A stretch of DNA of 64,000 nucleotides from a virus: the IMG/VR virus record IMGVR_UViG_3300045988_159685, one strand, 5' to 3'. The translations under genes were made by a program, and so were the position numbers. The notes below the pieces were generated by a model. The model did no database searches. It was not told the DNA's origin and saw only the letters and a list, made by a program, of their open reading frames with translations. Positions 9,203 to 16,234 of this stretch are shown in pieces. Position 1 is the first letter of the stretch, and each line of letters starts with the position of its first letter.

Positions 9203-9772
9203 TAGGTCATTTACGATGTCCTTAAAGAGTTTGCGTAATTTCGGGTTATTTTCTATAACCTCATGTTTTGAGGTTACATTTGCCCTCTTCATACGATTAC
9301 TCCATACGATGCCATATCTTGCAGACATTTCACCATAAATACGCCGCAATGTGGCATTATACCCCAGAGAGTTATCGTCACGCCTTTGCGCAAGAGGAGC
9401 CGCCACCATTGAACAAGTGACATCGATTAGTTCTACCGGTGTAAGATCTAATTTTCTTACATTCATATTATCCATAATGTGGTATGTAAATGTTGTTCTT
9501 TCAACAATTCTGAATTTTAAAAAGTCAAGAAAATCTTTGCCATCACAATGTCTTGTTTCGTATTTGCGACTAAAGCCCCATACACGGCAAAACTCATTAA
9601 TAGTTTCATTGATAAGTTGTTCTGTTTTTCTACGTGCTGTCGTTTCTTTCCCAAATGTTTTTATTAAAAAATGGTTATATACATTAGTAAGCAAAACGCT
9701 TTTCCATTCATCCGCGCCGAGCACTCTCCCAAGAATTTGTTCGTCGCGTGTAGCCCTTTCAATCTTTTTCAT
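9182..9772 (-). CDS. hypothetical protein (196 aa)
   Basis: ORF with RBS-like GAAGGGA. The stop overlaps the start of the downstream paralog. Confidence 0.55.
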   Translation of the reverse strand: MKKIERATRDEQILGRVLGADEWKSVLLTNVYNHFLIKTFGKETTARRKTEQLINETINEFCRVWGFSRKYETRHCDGKDFLDFLKFRIVERTTFTYHIMDNMNVRKLDLTPVELIDVTCSMVAAPLAQRRDDNSLGYNATLRRIYGEMSARYGIVWSNRMKRANVTSKHEVIENNPKLRKLFKDIVNDLLKRGDF

Positions 9773-9847
9773 GTAAATCTATCCCTTCTTTTTTTATTAT
9801 GTAGTTATATGAAACTACATATCAGTAATACTATTGGTTGCATTATT

Positions 9848-9922
9848 TGGTGACTCGTGCAGGAATTGCACCTACGATTCCATCCTGAGAAGATAGCGTC
9901 TTAACTACTTGACCAACGAGCC
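9848..9922 (-). tRNA. tRNA-Glu-like, anticodon CUC (copy A), non-canonical T-loop
   Basis: Hand fold of GGCTCGT..ACGAGTC-A-CCA. Anticodon stem CTATC/GATGG, loop TTCTCAG, T-stem GTAGG/CCTGC. The T-loop is TGCAATT rather than TTCRANN. The body resembles Bacillus-type tRNA-Glu (GG.C.GTTGGTCAAG.GGTTAAGAC). Confidence 0.55.
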
Positions 9923-10005
9923 ATAAGCCCATAAGGGCTTTTTAATACTATGGGATTATTGGAGGTGAAGAACCATAGTATGTATCAGGAATTACCCTCG
10001 CGCTG

Positions 10006-10081
10006 TGGCTGGAGTGGCTGGACTCGAACCAGCGGAATGACGGAGTCAAAGTCCGTTGCCTTACCTCTTGGCTACACTCCA
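10006..10081 (-). tRNA. tRNA-Gln (anticodon UUG)
   Basis: TGGAGTG..CACTCCA-G-CCA. Anticodon stem ACGGA/TCCGT, loop CTTTGAC, T-arm GCTGG-TTCGAGT-CCAGC. The layout parallels E. coli tRNA-Gln. Confidence 0.8.
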
Positions 10082-10107
10082 ATATAGCCCGTAAAAGCGG
10101 GCATTTT

Positions 10108-10380
10108 TTACAACTTTTTACCATCAAGGGTTTCGAACATATATTCCGTCCAAGCCCAACACGTGATTTCATTCAACGTATATTCGCCTGTATCTCCATA
10201 TCCTCTATCCTGAATCTCCGTTATACTGTGAATTTCTCCACAATATATATACATTGATGGGTTAAAACTTAAATATGAATTTTTGGGGCGTAATGGTTCA
10301 TCTTCTTGATTGTTGTAACTATATTCGCAAAGCAGGTCTTTTTTACGCCTTATTCTGACTTCATTGCCGATTTTTAGCAT
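10108..10380 (-). CDS. small paralog family member
   Basis: ATG 10380 is preceded by GGAGGTG. MLKIGNEVRIRRKKDLLCEY..YCGEI..EYMFETLDGKKL. Confidence 0.7.
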   Translation of the reverse strand: MLKIGNEVRIRRKKDLLCEYSYNNQEDEPLRPKNSYLSFNPSMYIYCGEIHSITEIQDRGYGDTGEYTLNEITCWAWTEYMFETLDGKKL

Positions 10381-10912
10381 TATGCACACCTCCAATTTTG
10401 TATGGAATCTGAGTTACTCCAAGTTTTTTTGCGGCAATGTATCTGGCATAGCCGTCTTTCAAAATTTTGTTGCCCTTAGCATCAAGCTTTATAGTTATGG
10501 GGTTATCGAAAATTCCATAATATTTATAGAAACAGATAGCCCTGTCCACCTTTTCTTTCTTTGGCGGATGATTCATAAAGTCTCTGGGTATGTACACTTT
10601 ATCTACATCTATGAGCTTTTTGAAGTTGCTCATAAAAGCGGGGCGACTAATGTTTACAACTATCGCATTTATAGTTGCTACGCCATCACGCTTGGAGATT
10701 TCGTAATCTCTTCGACCTGTAATCAAAGAATATGTATCACGGGAATTTCGCCGCACAATTACAACGAGGTTGTCTTTTGTGCCGAGTTTTTCAGTGTCGA
10801 TACTCTTCTTGTGTACACTATCTGTCAGCATGATGTTCCTAACTGGTATAGGAATCGCCTGCGCCGCCATTCTTGACCTGAAATTTTTTATATTGTTAAA
10901 ACAGTACGCCAT
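10361..10912 (-). CDS. ParB/sulfiredoxin-like domain protein (two ParB-N-like halves)
   Basis: VVIVRRNSRDTYSLITGRRDYEISKRDGVATINAIVV resembles the ParB N-terminal pattern (IxVR..x..Y.(I/L)I.G.RR..A....G...I.A.V). A second half reads KILKDGYARYIAAKKLGVTQIPYKI. RBS AGGAGG. Confidence 0.5.
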   Translation of the reverse strand: MAYCFNNIKNFRSRMAAQAIPIPVRNIMLTDSVHKKSIDTEKLGTKDNLVVIVRRNSRDTYSLITGRRDYEISKRDGVATINAIVVNISRPAFMSNFKKLIDVDKVYIPRDFMNHPPKKEKVDRAICFYKYYGIFDNPITIKLDAKGNKILKDGYARYIAAKKLGVTQIPYKIGGVHNAKNRQ

Positions 10913-10941
10913 AATTTCTACCTCCTATTTTTTATAATGGC

Positions 10942-11017
10942 TGGTGTGCCATTCGGGATTTGAACCCGAGACCTTTCGATTAAAAGTCGAATGCTCTACC
11001 AATTGAGCTAATGGCAC
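10942..11017 (-). tRNA. tRNA-Lys (anticodon UUU), copy 1
   Basis: GTGCCAT..ATGGCAC-A-CCA. Anticodon stem TTCGA/TCGAA, loop CTTTTAA, T-arm TCGGG-TTCAAAT-CCCGA. Confidence 0.85.
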
Positions 11018-11149
11018 ATAGACCGCCGTGGCGGTCAGCATTGTAACCCATGGTTACACAGATTACAATTTAATTACAAAGTGGTGACATAATTCAATCG
11101 ACCGTGTTACTTAAATGTAACTCGCAAGCTTTTTAGCTTGCATTTGAAT

Positions 11150-11190
11150 AAAAAAAATAACGACGGATTAACCAAAGTTGACCCGTCGTT
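11150..11190 (-). terminator. rho-independent terminator (minus strand)
   Basis: The minus strand reads AACGACGG-16 nt loop-CCGTCGTT, then A and T8. Confidence 0.5.
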
Positions 11191-11291
11191 AAATATATAA
11201 AATGGACACTTTTCAGCCTTGTGGATAACCTACGGTCAAGTTATGACGCACCTTAACCAAACTCAAGGGTTTTGTAAAATCTTAATTGTTG

Positions 11292-11370
11292 TGCTTTAAG
11301 ATTTAAGCTTTAGACGATTATAAGCTTTGAACTTTCGTAATTAAATTTTCAGCTTTATGCCTTAAGCTTT
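11292..11370. repeat. five iterated (A/T)AGCTTT(A/G) motifs
   Basis: GCTTT cores start at 11293, 11307, 11324, 11352 and 11366. A related hairpin gcaagct-ttt-agcttgc lies at 11124-11140. Confidence 0.5.
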
Positions 11371-11377
11371 ATCTTAT

Positions 11378-11419
11378 TACTCGTACAGGAATTGAACCTG
11401 TAATGCAACCAGTCGAGCA
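11378..11419 (-). pseudogene. tRNA-like remnant (acceptor + T-arm minihelix, no anticodon arm, no CCA)
   Basis: The minus strand reads TGCTCGA-CTGGTTGCATT-ACAGG-TTCAATT-CCTGT-ACGAGTA. It resembles the 5' and 3' ends of the Glu-like tRNAs. Confidence 0.35.
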
Positions 11420-11581
11420 ACAAAACATTCCCACAAAAAAGGAATATCATATATCTTCGTATAGACTACGATAGCTATTACTTATATTTGAGGCCAGATT
11501 TTTATTATTTTACTTTGTGAATATAGCCTAAAACACAAAGGTCATAAAATTAAAGGTTTTCAAAAAGCACCCATTTTTTGC

Positions 11582-12223
11582 TTAGTACGAAATTTCGATT
11601 TCGGTTATAGCGTTCGATACGCTGATAGCCGAGTCAAAATCAATCTTAAACTTGTCTATACGATCGACAAGGTCAGAAATGATTTCGGCAGTGTCAAAAC
11701 CCTCGATAATTTCAAAAGTGTTCGCCTTTATGAAATTGGTTTTCGCCTCCTCTATTTCCTTTGTAACAGCTTTACCGTCTTTTGAACCAAACATTCCAAG
11801 TACATACTCATCGGCACGCCCCTGTAATGTTTCGCCGTTCTCATAATTACATCTGTCCTGTGCAGCTTTAAGCTGTTTAGACATATGCTTCAAAAGATCT
11901 TCCTCAAATTCAATGCCGTGATTCTTATACTCTATAGCCTCGGCAATAGTCAGTTTCATACCCTGTATTGTGACTTCGGTCTCGGCATTTGAAAGCGTAA
12001 CGGCACGCTTAATTGCCTTACGCCTTTTTATAAGGTCGGCTATTTTGTCATAGCTCGCCTTGAAGCCATTCTTAGCTTCTTCAATAGAGACGCCATTTAT
12101 CTTTGTGTTGCTATGTTTGTTCTCAACCACAAATTTTGCATCTTTGATAAGGGCGGGTATCCTCTTATCGAGAATCTTAAGCTCACAAAGTGCCTGATGA
12201 ATCGTCATTTTTTCGTTAGTCAT
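11582..12223 (-). CDS. hypothetical protein (213 aa, helical/coiled-coil-like)
   Basis: ORF with RBS AAGGAG. Confidence 0.6.
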   Translation of the reverse strand: MTNEKMTIHQALCELKILDKRIPALIKDAKFVVENKHSNTKINGVSIEEAKNGFKASYDKIADLIKRRKAIKRAVTLSNAETEVTIQGMKLTIAEAIEYKNHGIEFEEDLLKHMSKQLKAAQDRCNYENGETLQGRADEYVLGMFGSKDGKAVTKEIEEAKTNFIKANTFEIIEGFDTAEIISDLVDRIDKFKIDFDSAISVSNAITEIEISY

Positions 12224-12277
12224 TTCAAAAACTCCTTTGAATTTTAAAATTTACAGACCTGATTATGCCTGTATTGA

Positions 12278-12337
12278 TGGTGGCTCACACAGGATTTACA
12301 CCTGTACTCTCACTGGGGATAAGAGTCTATTTGAGCC
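12278..12337 (-). pseudogene. 60-nt truncated tRNA-like element (no D-arm), CCA-ended
   Basis: The minus strand reads GGCTCAA-ATAG-ACTCT-(11-nt loop)-AGAGT-ACAGG-TGTAAAT-CCTGT-GTGAGCC-A-CCA. Confidence 0.35.
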
Positions 12338-12390
12338 ATAGCGATGCAAAGCATCGCACTCAGAAAAAGAAGGGAATGCCCAAAACGGGC

Positions 12391-12466
12391 TGGTGACTCA
12401 CGCAGGATTTGAACCATGCAATTCCGCCCTGAGAAGGCGGCGTCTTAACCGTTTGACCAGTGAGCC
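12391..12466 (-). tRNA. tRNA-Glu-like, anticodon CUC (copy B), bulged T-stem
   Basis: GGCTCAC..GTGAGTC-A-CCA. Anticodon stem CCGCC/GGCGG, loop TTCTCAG. The T-arm GCA(T)GG-TTCAAAT-CCTGC needs one bulged nucleotide. Confidence 0.55.
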
Positions 12467-12490
12467 ATAAGGCGGAGAACTCCGCCTATA

Positions 12491-13435
12491 TTACTTTTCT
12501 TTAAAGGTTGGCGAACAGCTCTCAAAGAATTCTTTTACGTTGACATTGTATTTCTCAAGAATCGCAACGATAACTTTTTGTACCTTGTCCCATTCGTCAT
12601 CTTTGATATACTGAATATACGGTGTCTTGCGATTGCCACGCTTTTTGAGGTCAATCCCGTAGCGATAACTAAGCTGCTTATATAGCATACTGAAAGCCAC
12701 GCCGAAACTGATATGCAAAGTCGAAGCAAACTTACGCATAACTCTGTTGAACATTTTGCGGTCTGAAATATGTAAGACCTCGGCTGTTAAAAGCTTGTTT
12801 GACGTTTCAATTCTGTCGATATGACGCCGCTGAAACGCCGTGTAAGCCTGGGCGGCTGTCGCAAATTCCATGATATCACCCGTGGCAAAAGCCTTGCCGA
12901 TTGCCGCTTGGAGCTTTTCTTCGTCGTCGATATCTTGCGTGAGAAGTTCGGGCTTTTCCTCGGCGGTGTGTTCGACAATGTTTAGGAGCTGTGTCCTGAC
13001 CTCTTGGGCTATCTTGCTATCACGAAGAAGCATGCCTATTCTGAGGATGGCACGCTTTGAGAAACACTTGATGCCTCGGTTTGGGATTTCAAGGTGGGTA
13101 TTATCGTCGATTTGGATAACAAGTTTGCCGTTTTGTTGCTCAAAATTCTTAAAGGTACAACTTGTACCTTTAAGAATTTCTTTAAAGATTGTAGGCGTTT
13201 TAGTTGCAACGCCATCACCCTCAATCTCAGTGCGGTTTCGCTGACAACAACGCTTTATAGTATCAATATCAACCTCATAATAATCCGCCACCTGCCTAAT
13301 AGTCATACAGTTCATCTCAGGTATCAAAAGCAGCTTCTTAACCTTATCAAGAACCTCAGTTCTGGCAATAAGCTCGTTTCTGAGGTCATGGTTGTCTACC
13401 ATGCTTTCGCTCGTGATGATTTTACTTTCTGGCAT
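12491..13435 (-). CDS. HTH DNA-binding regulator (antirepressor/Rha-like layout)
   Basis: MTIRQVADYYEVDIDTIKRCCQRN looks like a helix-turn-helix. The central KRAILRIGMLLRDSKIAQEVRTQLLN segment resembles those of Firmicutes phage antirepressor-type proteins. RBS GAGGAGGTG. Palindromic operator-like repeats lie upstream. Confidence 0.5.
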   Translation of the reverse strand: MPESKIITSESMVDNHDLRNELIARTEVLDKVKKLLLIPEMNCMTIRQVADYYEVDIDTIKRCCQRNRTEIEGDGVATKTPTIFKEILKGTSCTFKNFEQQNGKLVIQIDDNTHLEIPNRGIKCFSKRAILRIGMLLRDSKIAQEVRTQLLNIVEHTAEEKPELLTQDIDDEEKLQAAIGKAFATGDIMEFATAAQAYTAFQRRHIDRIETSNKLLTAEVLHISDRKMFNRVMRKFASTLHISFGVAFSMLYKQLSYRYGIDLKKRGNRKTPYIQYIKDDEWDKVQKVIVAILEKYNVNVKEFFESCSPTFKEK

Positions 13436-13496
13436 AATTTCACCTCCTCTTGTAAAACAAATTGAACATCTTGCTTAGTTAGTAACCTAAATTCTT

Positions 13497-13629
13497 AACG
13501 GAACAAGTTGTTCCTTTAAGAAATATCCATCTTTAATGGGATAAGTTGTTCCTTTAAAAGCACTTGAATAGAGTTTAGACTTTTTTGCTATAATGCCATT
13601 TGAACTAACGGAACATCTTGTTCCTTTAG
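13497..13629 (-). promoter_or_regulatory. three operator-like repeats, TAACGGAACA(A/T)(G/C)TTGTTCCTTTA
   Basis: Palindrome GGAACAAGTTGTTCC at 13500-13514 and GGAACATCTTGTTCC at 13610-13624. A half-degenerate copy AAGTTGTTCCTTTAA lies at 13543-13557 and a partial copy at 13463-13476. Confidence 0.55.
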
Positions 13630-13660
13630 TAATTTTTAAAGATATTAAACTTACCTCTGC

Positions 13661-13834
13661 CTAACATTTAAGACTTATAATAACCGCAATCACCGTTATA
13701 ATCAGATTAAGCAGTGCGCCGATCCACAGTGGTGATACCACCCAAAGCCAACTCCAGCATATAACTTTAGTCAGTTTCAGTATGATAAATACGATAGTAA
13801 GCAGTCCGCAAAAACCAATTCCGCCGCTCTTCAT
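13661..13834 (-). CDS. small membrane protein (57 aa, two hydrophobic segments)
   Basis: Below the ORF-track cutoff. Hand translation gives MKSGGIGFCGLLTIVFIILKLTKVICWSWLWVVSPLWIGALLNLIITVIAVIISLKC. Strong RBS AAGGGAGGG. Confidence 0.5.
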   Translation of the reverse strand: MKSGGIGFCGLLTIVFIILKLTKVICWSWLWVVSPLWIGALLNLIITVIAVIISLKC

Positions 13835-13836
13835 AA

Positions 13837-14070
13837 TTATTCTCCCTCCCTTACAATATGAAATTTATCCACGCCGTAAATAACGCCAAGTGAGCGCCCA
13901 TTGTCAAAATTGCAATGAATCGTACCAGCGTCATCGACATGATCAACCGTTCCAAGCGTATTCGGCTCAACTGGGTATGGATCATCAACCATTTTCTCAA
14001 GGCATATTCTTGTACCCTCGGGGAAAACTCTTTTGAGCCAAGATATCCTCTTGTCATTGTATAAACTCAT
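13837..14070 (-). CDS. DUF4314-like protein
   Basis: FPEGTRICLEKMVDDPYPVEPNTLGTVDHVDDAGTIHCNFDNGRSLGVIYGVDKF matches my recollection of the DUF4314 signature (DDPY..P.GT.GTV..VDD.G.IH..WDNGRSL). ATGA start/stop overlap with the upstream gene. Confidence 0.55.
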   Translation of the reverse strand: MSLYNDKRISWLKRVFPEGTRICLEKMVDDPYPVEPNTLGTVDHVDDAGTIHCNFDNGRSLGVIYGVDKFHIVREGE

Positions 14071-14408
14071 ACCTTGCCTCTTTCAAACTCAATAACACCG
14101 CCATCGGCATCAACGACAACTGGGCGAATTGATAGGATATTTCTTGTGAATAAAAACGCACAGGCTAATGGCACGGCAATAACCGCACTCTCGGGCATAG
14201 CTATAGCCATAACGCCCATAGCAAAGCCGAGAACTTTCTGCATAATCCACAACACTTTGGCTGCTTTTCTTTCAAGTCTGCGGCTTTTATAGCTTTCTAT
14301 GCGCTTTTTAAGCTCTCTTTCTTCTTTGTCACGTTCTTCTGCGTGTTTCATAGATCTGATTAACTTTGTCAGGTCGTATGTATTATGTACGTTTTCAAAA
14401 GCGTCCAT
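14067..14408 (-). CDS. membrane protein (113 aa)
   Basis: RBS GGAGGTG. Charged N-terminal helix followed by two hydrophobic segments (VLGFAMGVMAIAM.., VIAVPLACAFLF). Confidence 0.55.
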   Translation of the reverse strand: MDAFENVHNTYDLTKLIRSMKHAEERDKEERELKKRIESYKSRRLERKAAKVLWIMQKVLGFAMGVMAIAMPESAVIAVPLACAFLFTRNILSIRPVVVDADGGVIEFERGKV

Positions 14409-14481
14409 AAAAACACCTCCATTTTAAAATAATAATAATGATTTTCTGATTACGCCTGAAAATCACCATAAAATCTGGCGT

Positions 14482-14557
14482 TGGTGCGACTTATGGGGCT
14501 TGAACCCATGACCTCCGCATTAAAAGTGCGTTGCTCTACTAACTGAGCTAAAGCCGC
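14482..14557 (-). tRNA. tRNA-Lys (anticodon UUU), copy 2
   Basis: GCGGCTT..AAGTCGC-A-CCA. Anticodon loop CTTTTAA with stem ACGCA/TGCGG (one A-G mismatch). T-arm ATGGG-TTCAAGC-CCCAT. Confidence 0.75.
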
Positions 14558-14650
14558 AAGCGCAGGCATCACACTACATTCCCATATGGTGGGATAAGCA
14601 CTGTACCTGCTATGCCAATTTTCTTTTTGTGTAGCATTGGCAAACTACAC

Positions 14651-14737
14651 TGGTGCCGCTGACGAGACTTGAACTCGTAAGGATTTTACTCCGAGGGTTT
14701 TTAAGACCCTTGTGTATGCCTATTCCACCACAGCGGC
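14651..14737 (-). tRNA. tRNA-Leu (anticodon UAA), type II with long variable arm
   Basis: GCCGCTG..CAGCGGC-A-CCA. Anticodon stem AGGGT/ACCCT, loop CTTAAAA, variable arm CGGAGTAAAATCCTT, T-arm ACGAG-TTCAAGT-CTCGT. Confidence 0.85.
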
Positions 14738-14847
14738 TTGTCTTGCCCACAACCCACAGAAGGCAAGTAATGTACGGCTCATCCGTACTTCCCTACGTAT
14801 TCAGCGACTGATGCCACCGATGCGCGTCTAAGGACTGCGACGTCCTT

Positions 14848-14922
14848 TGGTGACTCGTGCAGGATTCAAACCTACGACTCCGCTCTGAGAAAGCGGTATC
14901 TTAATCACTTGACCAACGAGCC
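14848..14922 (-). tRNA. tRNA-Glu-like, anticodon CUC (copy C), T-loop TTTGAAT
   Basis: GGCTCGT..ACGAGTC-A-CCA. Anticodon stem CCGCT/AGCGG, loop TTCTCAG. T at the position-56 equivalent instead of C. Confidence 0.55.
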
Positions 14923-15220
14923 ATAAGGCGGCTTTTGACCGCCTACTGAATAAAAAGAAAGGAATTTTAAATCAATGCTAATATCTAACTTATGTAACCC
15001 TCTACACGAGGGCTGGCACAATAAGCATAATTCACCACCTCCGTTCCTACTCATACCAGCCGAGCCCAATATTTCAATATCACCTAAGCCTTGCAATAAA
15101 CCGCAGTAATAGACTTTTAGCGGGTTATGCCGTACTTAGACGCCGCAAATTATTTAACGTGGCTTGCGGTTACCACTTACTCAAATGAGCATATCAACTA
15201 CCTCTTTTCAAAAAAACTTG

Positions 15221-15697
15221 TTAGGTCTCTTTATTAATTTGTGATTCTACAACGAAATACTCTCTTGCGTCTTCGTAGTTCTTGGCCATTTTTATAATTT
15301 CATCGTCTCGCTTCTGAAGTAACGCTCTTCTTTTTTCAGCAAGTTCTTTGTCATTGTAGTAACCAAGAAGGGAATATTCCCCATACTTGCCAAGAGAGAA
15401 CAGCACATAGGCTGTCGTGGCGCTATCATCTACTTCGATTTCGTCAAAGTGGATGGCTGTGTTTTCATAGTCATCACTGTCAAACAGGTCATTTTCGATA
15501 ATCCAATTATTGGTTTTTTCGATACTTTCGACCTGCTCTCTTGCCACCTTGATAGCTACTTCTTTTGAAGTATATATGCCAATCAAGGCATATTCGGGGT
15601 ATAAATGCCATGAAGAATCAACCTTCATAACAACATATAACTTTTGACTTTCTTGGTTGCTTTCGCAAGAAGTTTCGATTGTAAATTTTGTCAACAT
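15221..15697 (-). CDS. hypothetical protein (158 aa, weak internal duplication)
   Basis: RBS GAGGAGG. Segments YALIGIYTSKEVAIKVA and YSLLGYYNDKELAEKRR suggest two repeats. Confidence 0.55.
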   Translation of the reverse strand: MLTKFTIETSCESNQESQKLYVVMKVDSSWHLYPEYALIGIYTSKEVAIKVAREQVESIEKTNNWIIENDLFDSDDYENTAIHFDEIEVDDSATTAYVLFSLGKYGEYSLLGYYNDKELAEKRRALLQKRDDEIIKMAKNYEDAREYFVVESQINKET

Positions 15698-15724
15698 AAA
15701 ATTACCTCCTCATTTTTCATAAAA

Positions 15725-15826
15725 TTAAAGTATAATACCATACTTACGGCAATATTCGACGGCTTCGCCTTTTGTGACAACTCCGTCATGCAATGCCTTC
15801 AATATGGCAATAGCAAGCTTATTCAT
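15725..15826 (-). CDS. small ORF (33 aa)
   Basis: MNKLAIAILKALHDGVVTKGEAVEYCRKYGIIL, with strong RBS AAGGAGG 7 nt upstream. Below the ORF-track cutoff. Confidence 0.35.
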   Translation of the reverse strand: MNKLAIAILKALHDGVVTKGEAVEYCRKYGIIL

Positions 15827-15838
15827 AAAACTACCTCC

Positions 15839-16234
15839 TTACCTGTACCTAGAAAAGTGCATTGATATACACTGGACAGCAAACTTTTCCGCCGCTGATT
15901 TACCGCCATGGCGTGGAACCTCGGCAAGTATTGACCGAGGACCCTGCTTGCCTACTTTTGGCGGATATTCTGCGGAAATATGCCTTTTTGCACACTCTTG
16001 TGCTATTTCAGAAGAATCTGGCTCAAATTTATCTTTGAACCATATTTTTGTATCGTCGTAATATGTATAAAAAATTACGACTCTATCTTTGTGTTTTTGC
16101 CCATGATAGACAAAATAAACGGGGCGTTTTACCCCGTCAATAATGAGTTGCCCTTGCCCATAAGCACCGCCCTTTAGGACGTGAAAACCATGAAATTTTA
16201 GCGGTTTTTGTGCTATATTTAGTGAAAATCTCAC
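15839..16234 (-). CDS. hypothetical protein (131 aa, GTG start)
   Basis: AGGGAGG lies 7 nt before GTG 16234. The ORF-track start 16279 has no RBS. Confidence 0.5.
   Translation of the reverse strand: MRFSLNIAQKPLKFHGFHVLKGGAYGQGQLIIDGVKRPVYFVYHGQKHKDRVVIFYTYYDDTKIWFKDKFEPDSSEIAQECAKRHISAEYPPKVGKQGPRSILAEVPRHGGKSAAEKFAVQCISMHFSRYR

Noticed and set aside
9948-10172. 74-aa minus-strand ORF from the track
   Set aside because: It overlaps tRNA-Gln (10006-10081) and the 3' end of a family member. It has no RBS and its sequence looks like translated tRNA. Spurious.
11083-11130. Hairpin GTTAC-ATTTAAG-GTAAC with a UUA (ochre-suppressor-like) triplet in an anticodon-like loop, followed by ..ATGTCACCA
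   Set aside because: No acceptor-stem partner and no foldable T-arm or D-arm. The genome's long ORFs read normally with TAA as stop. It is most likely another degenerate tRNA remnant, not a suppressor tRNA.
11018-11581. Possible CRISPR array or other regular repeat-spacer structure in non-coding regions (also 13440-13660 and 19500-19800)
   Set aside because: The repeats are 7-25 bp, irregularly spaced and few in number. No cas genes are present. They are better explained as iterons, operators or palindromes.
13564-13593. Plus-strand TTGAAT-19 nt-TATAAT among the operator repeats
   Set aside because: The 19-nt spacer is off-optimal, and it would fire antisense into minus-strand genes with no plus-strand ORF downstream. 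I do not report it as a promoter.
14905-15096. 63-aa minus-strand ORF
   Set aside because: Its 3' end overlaps tRNA-Glu-like C and its hairpin, and it has no RBS. Spurious. A strong GGAGGTGG RBS on the minus strand near 15040 is followed by an ORF of only 8 codons, which I could not support as a gene.
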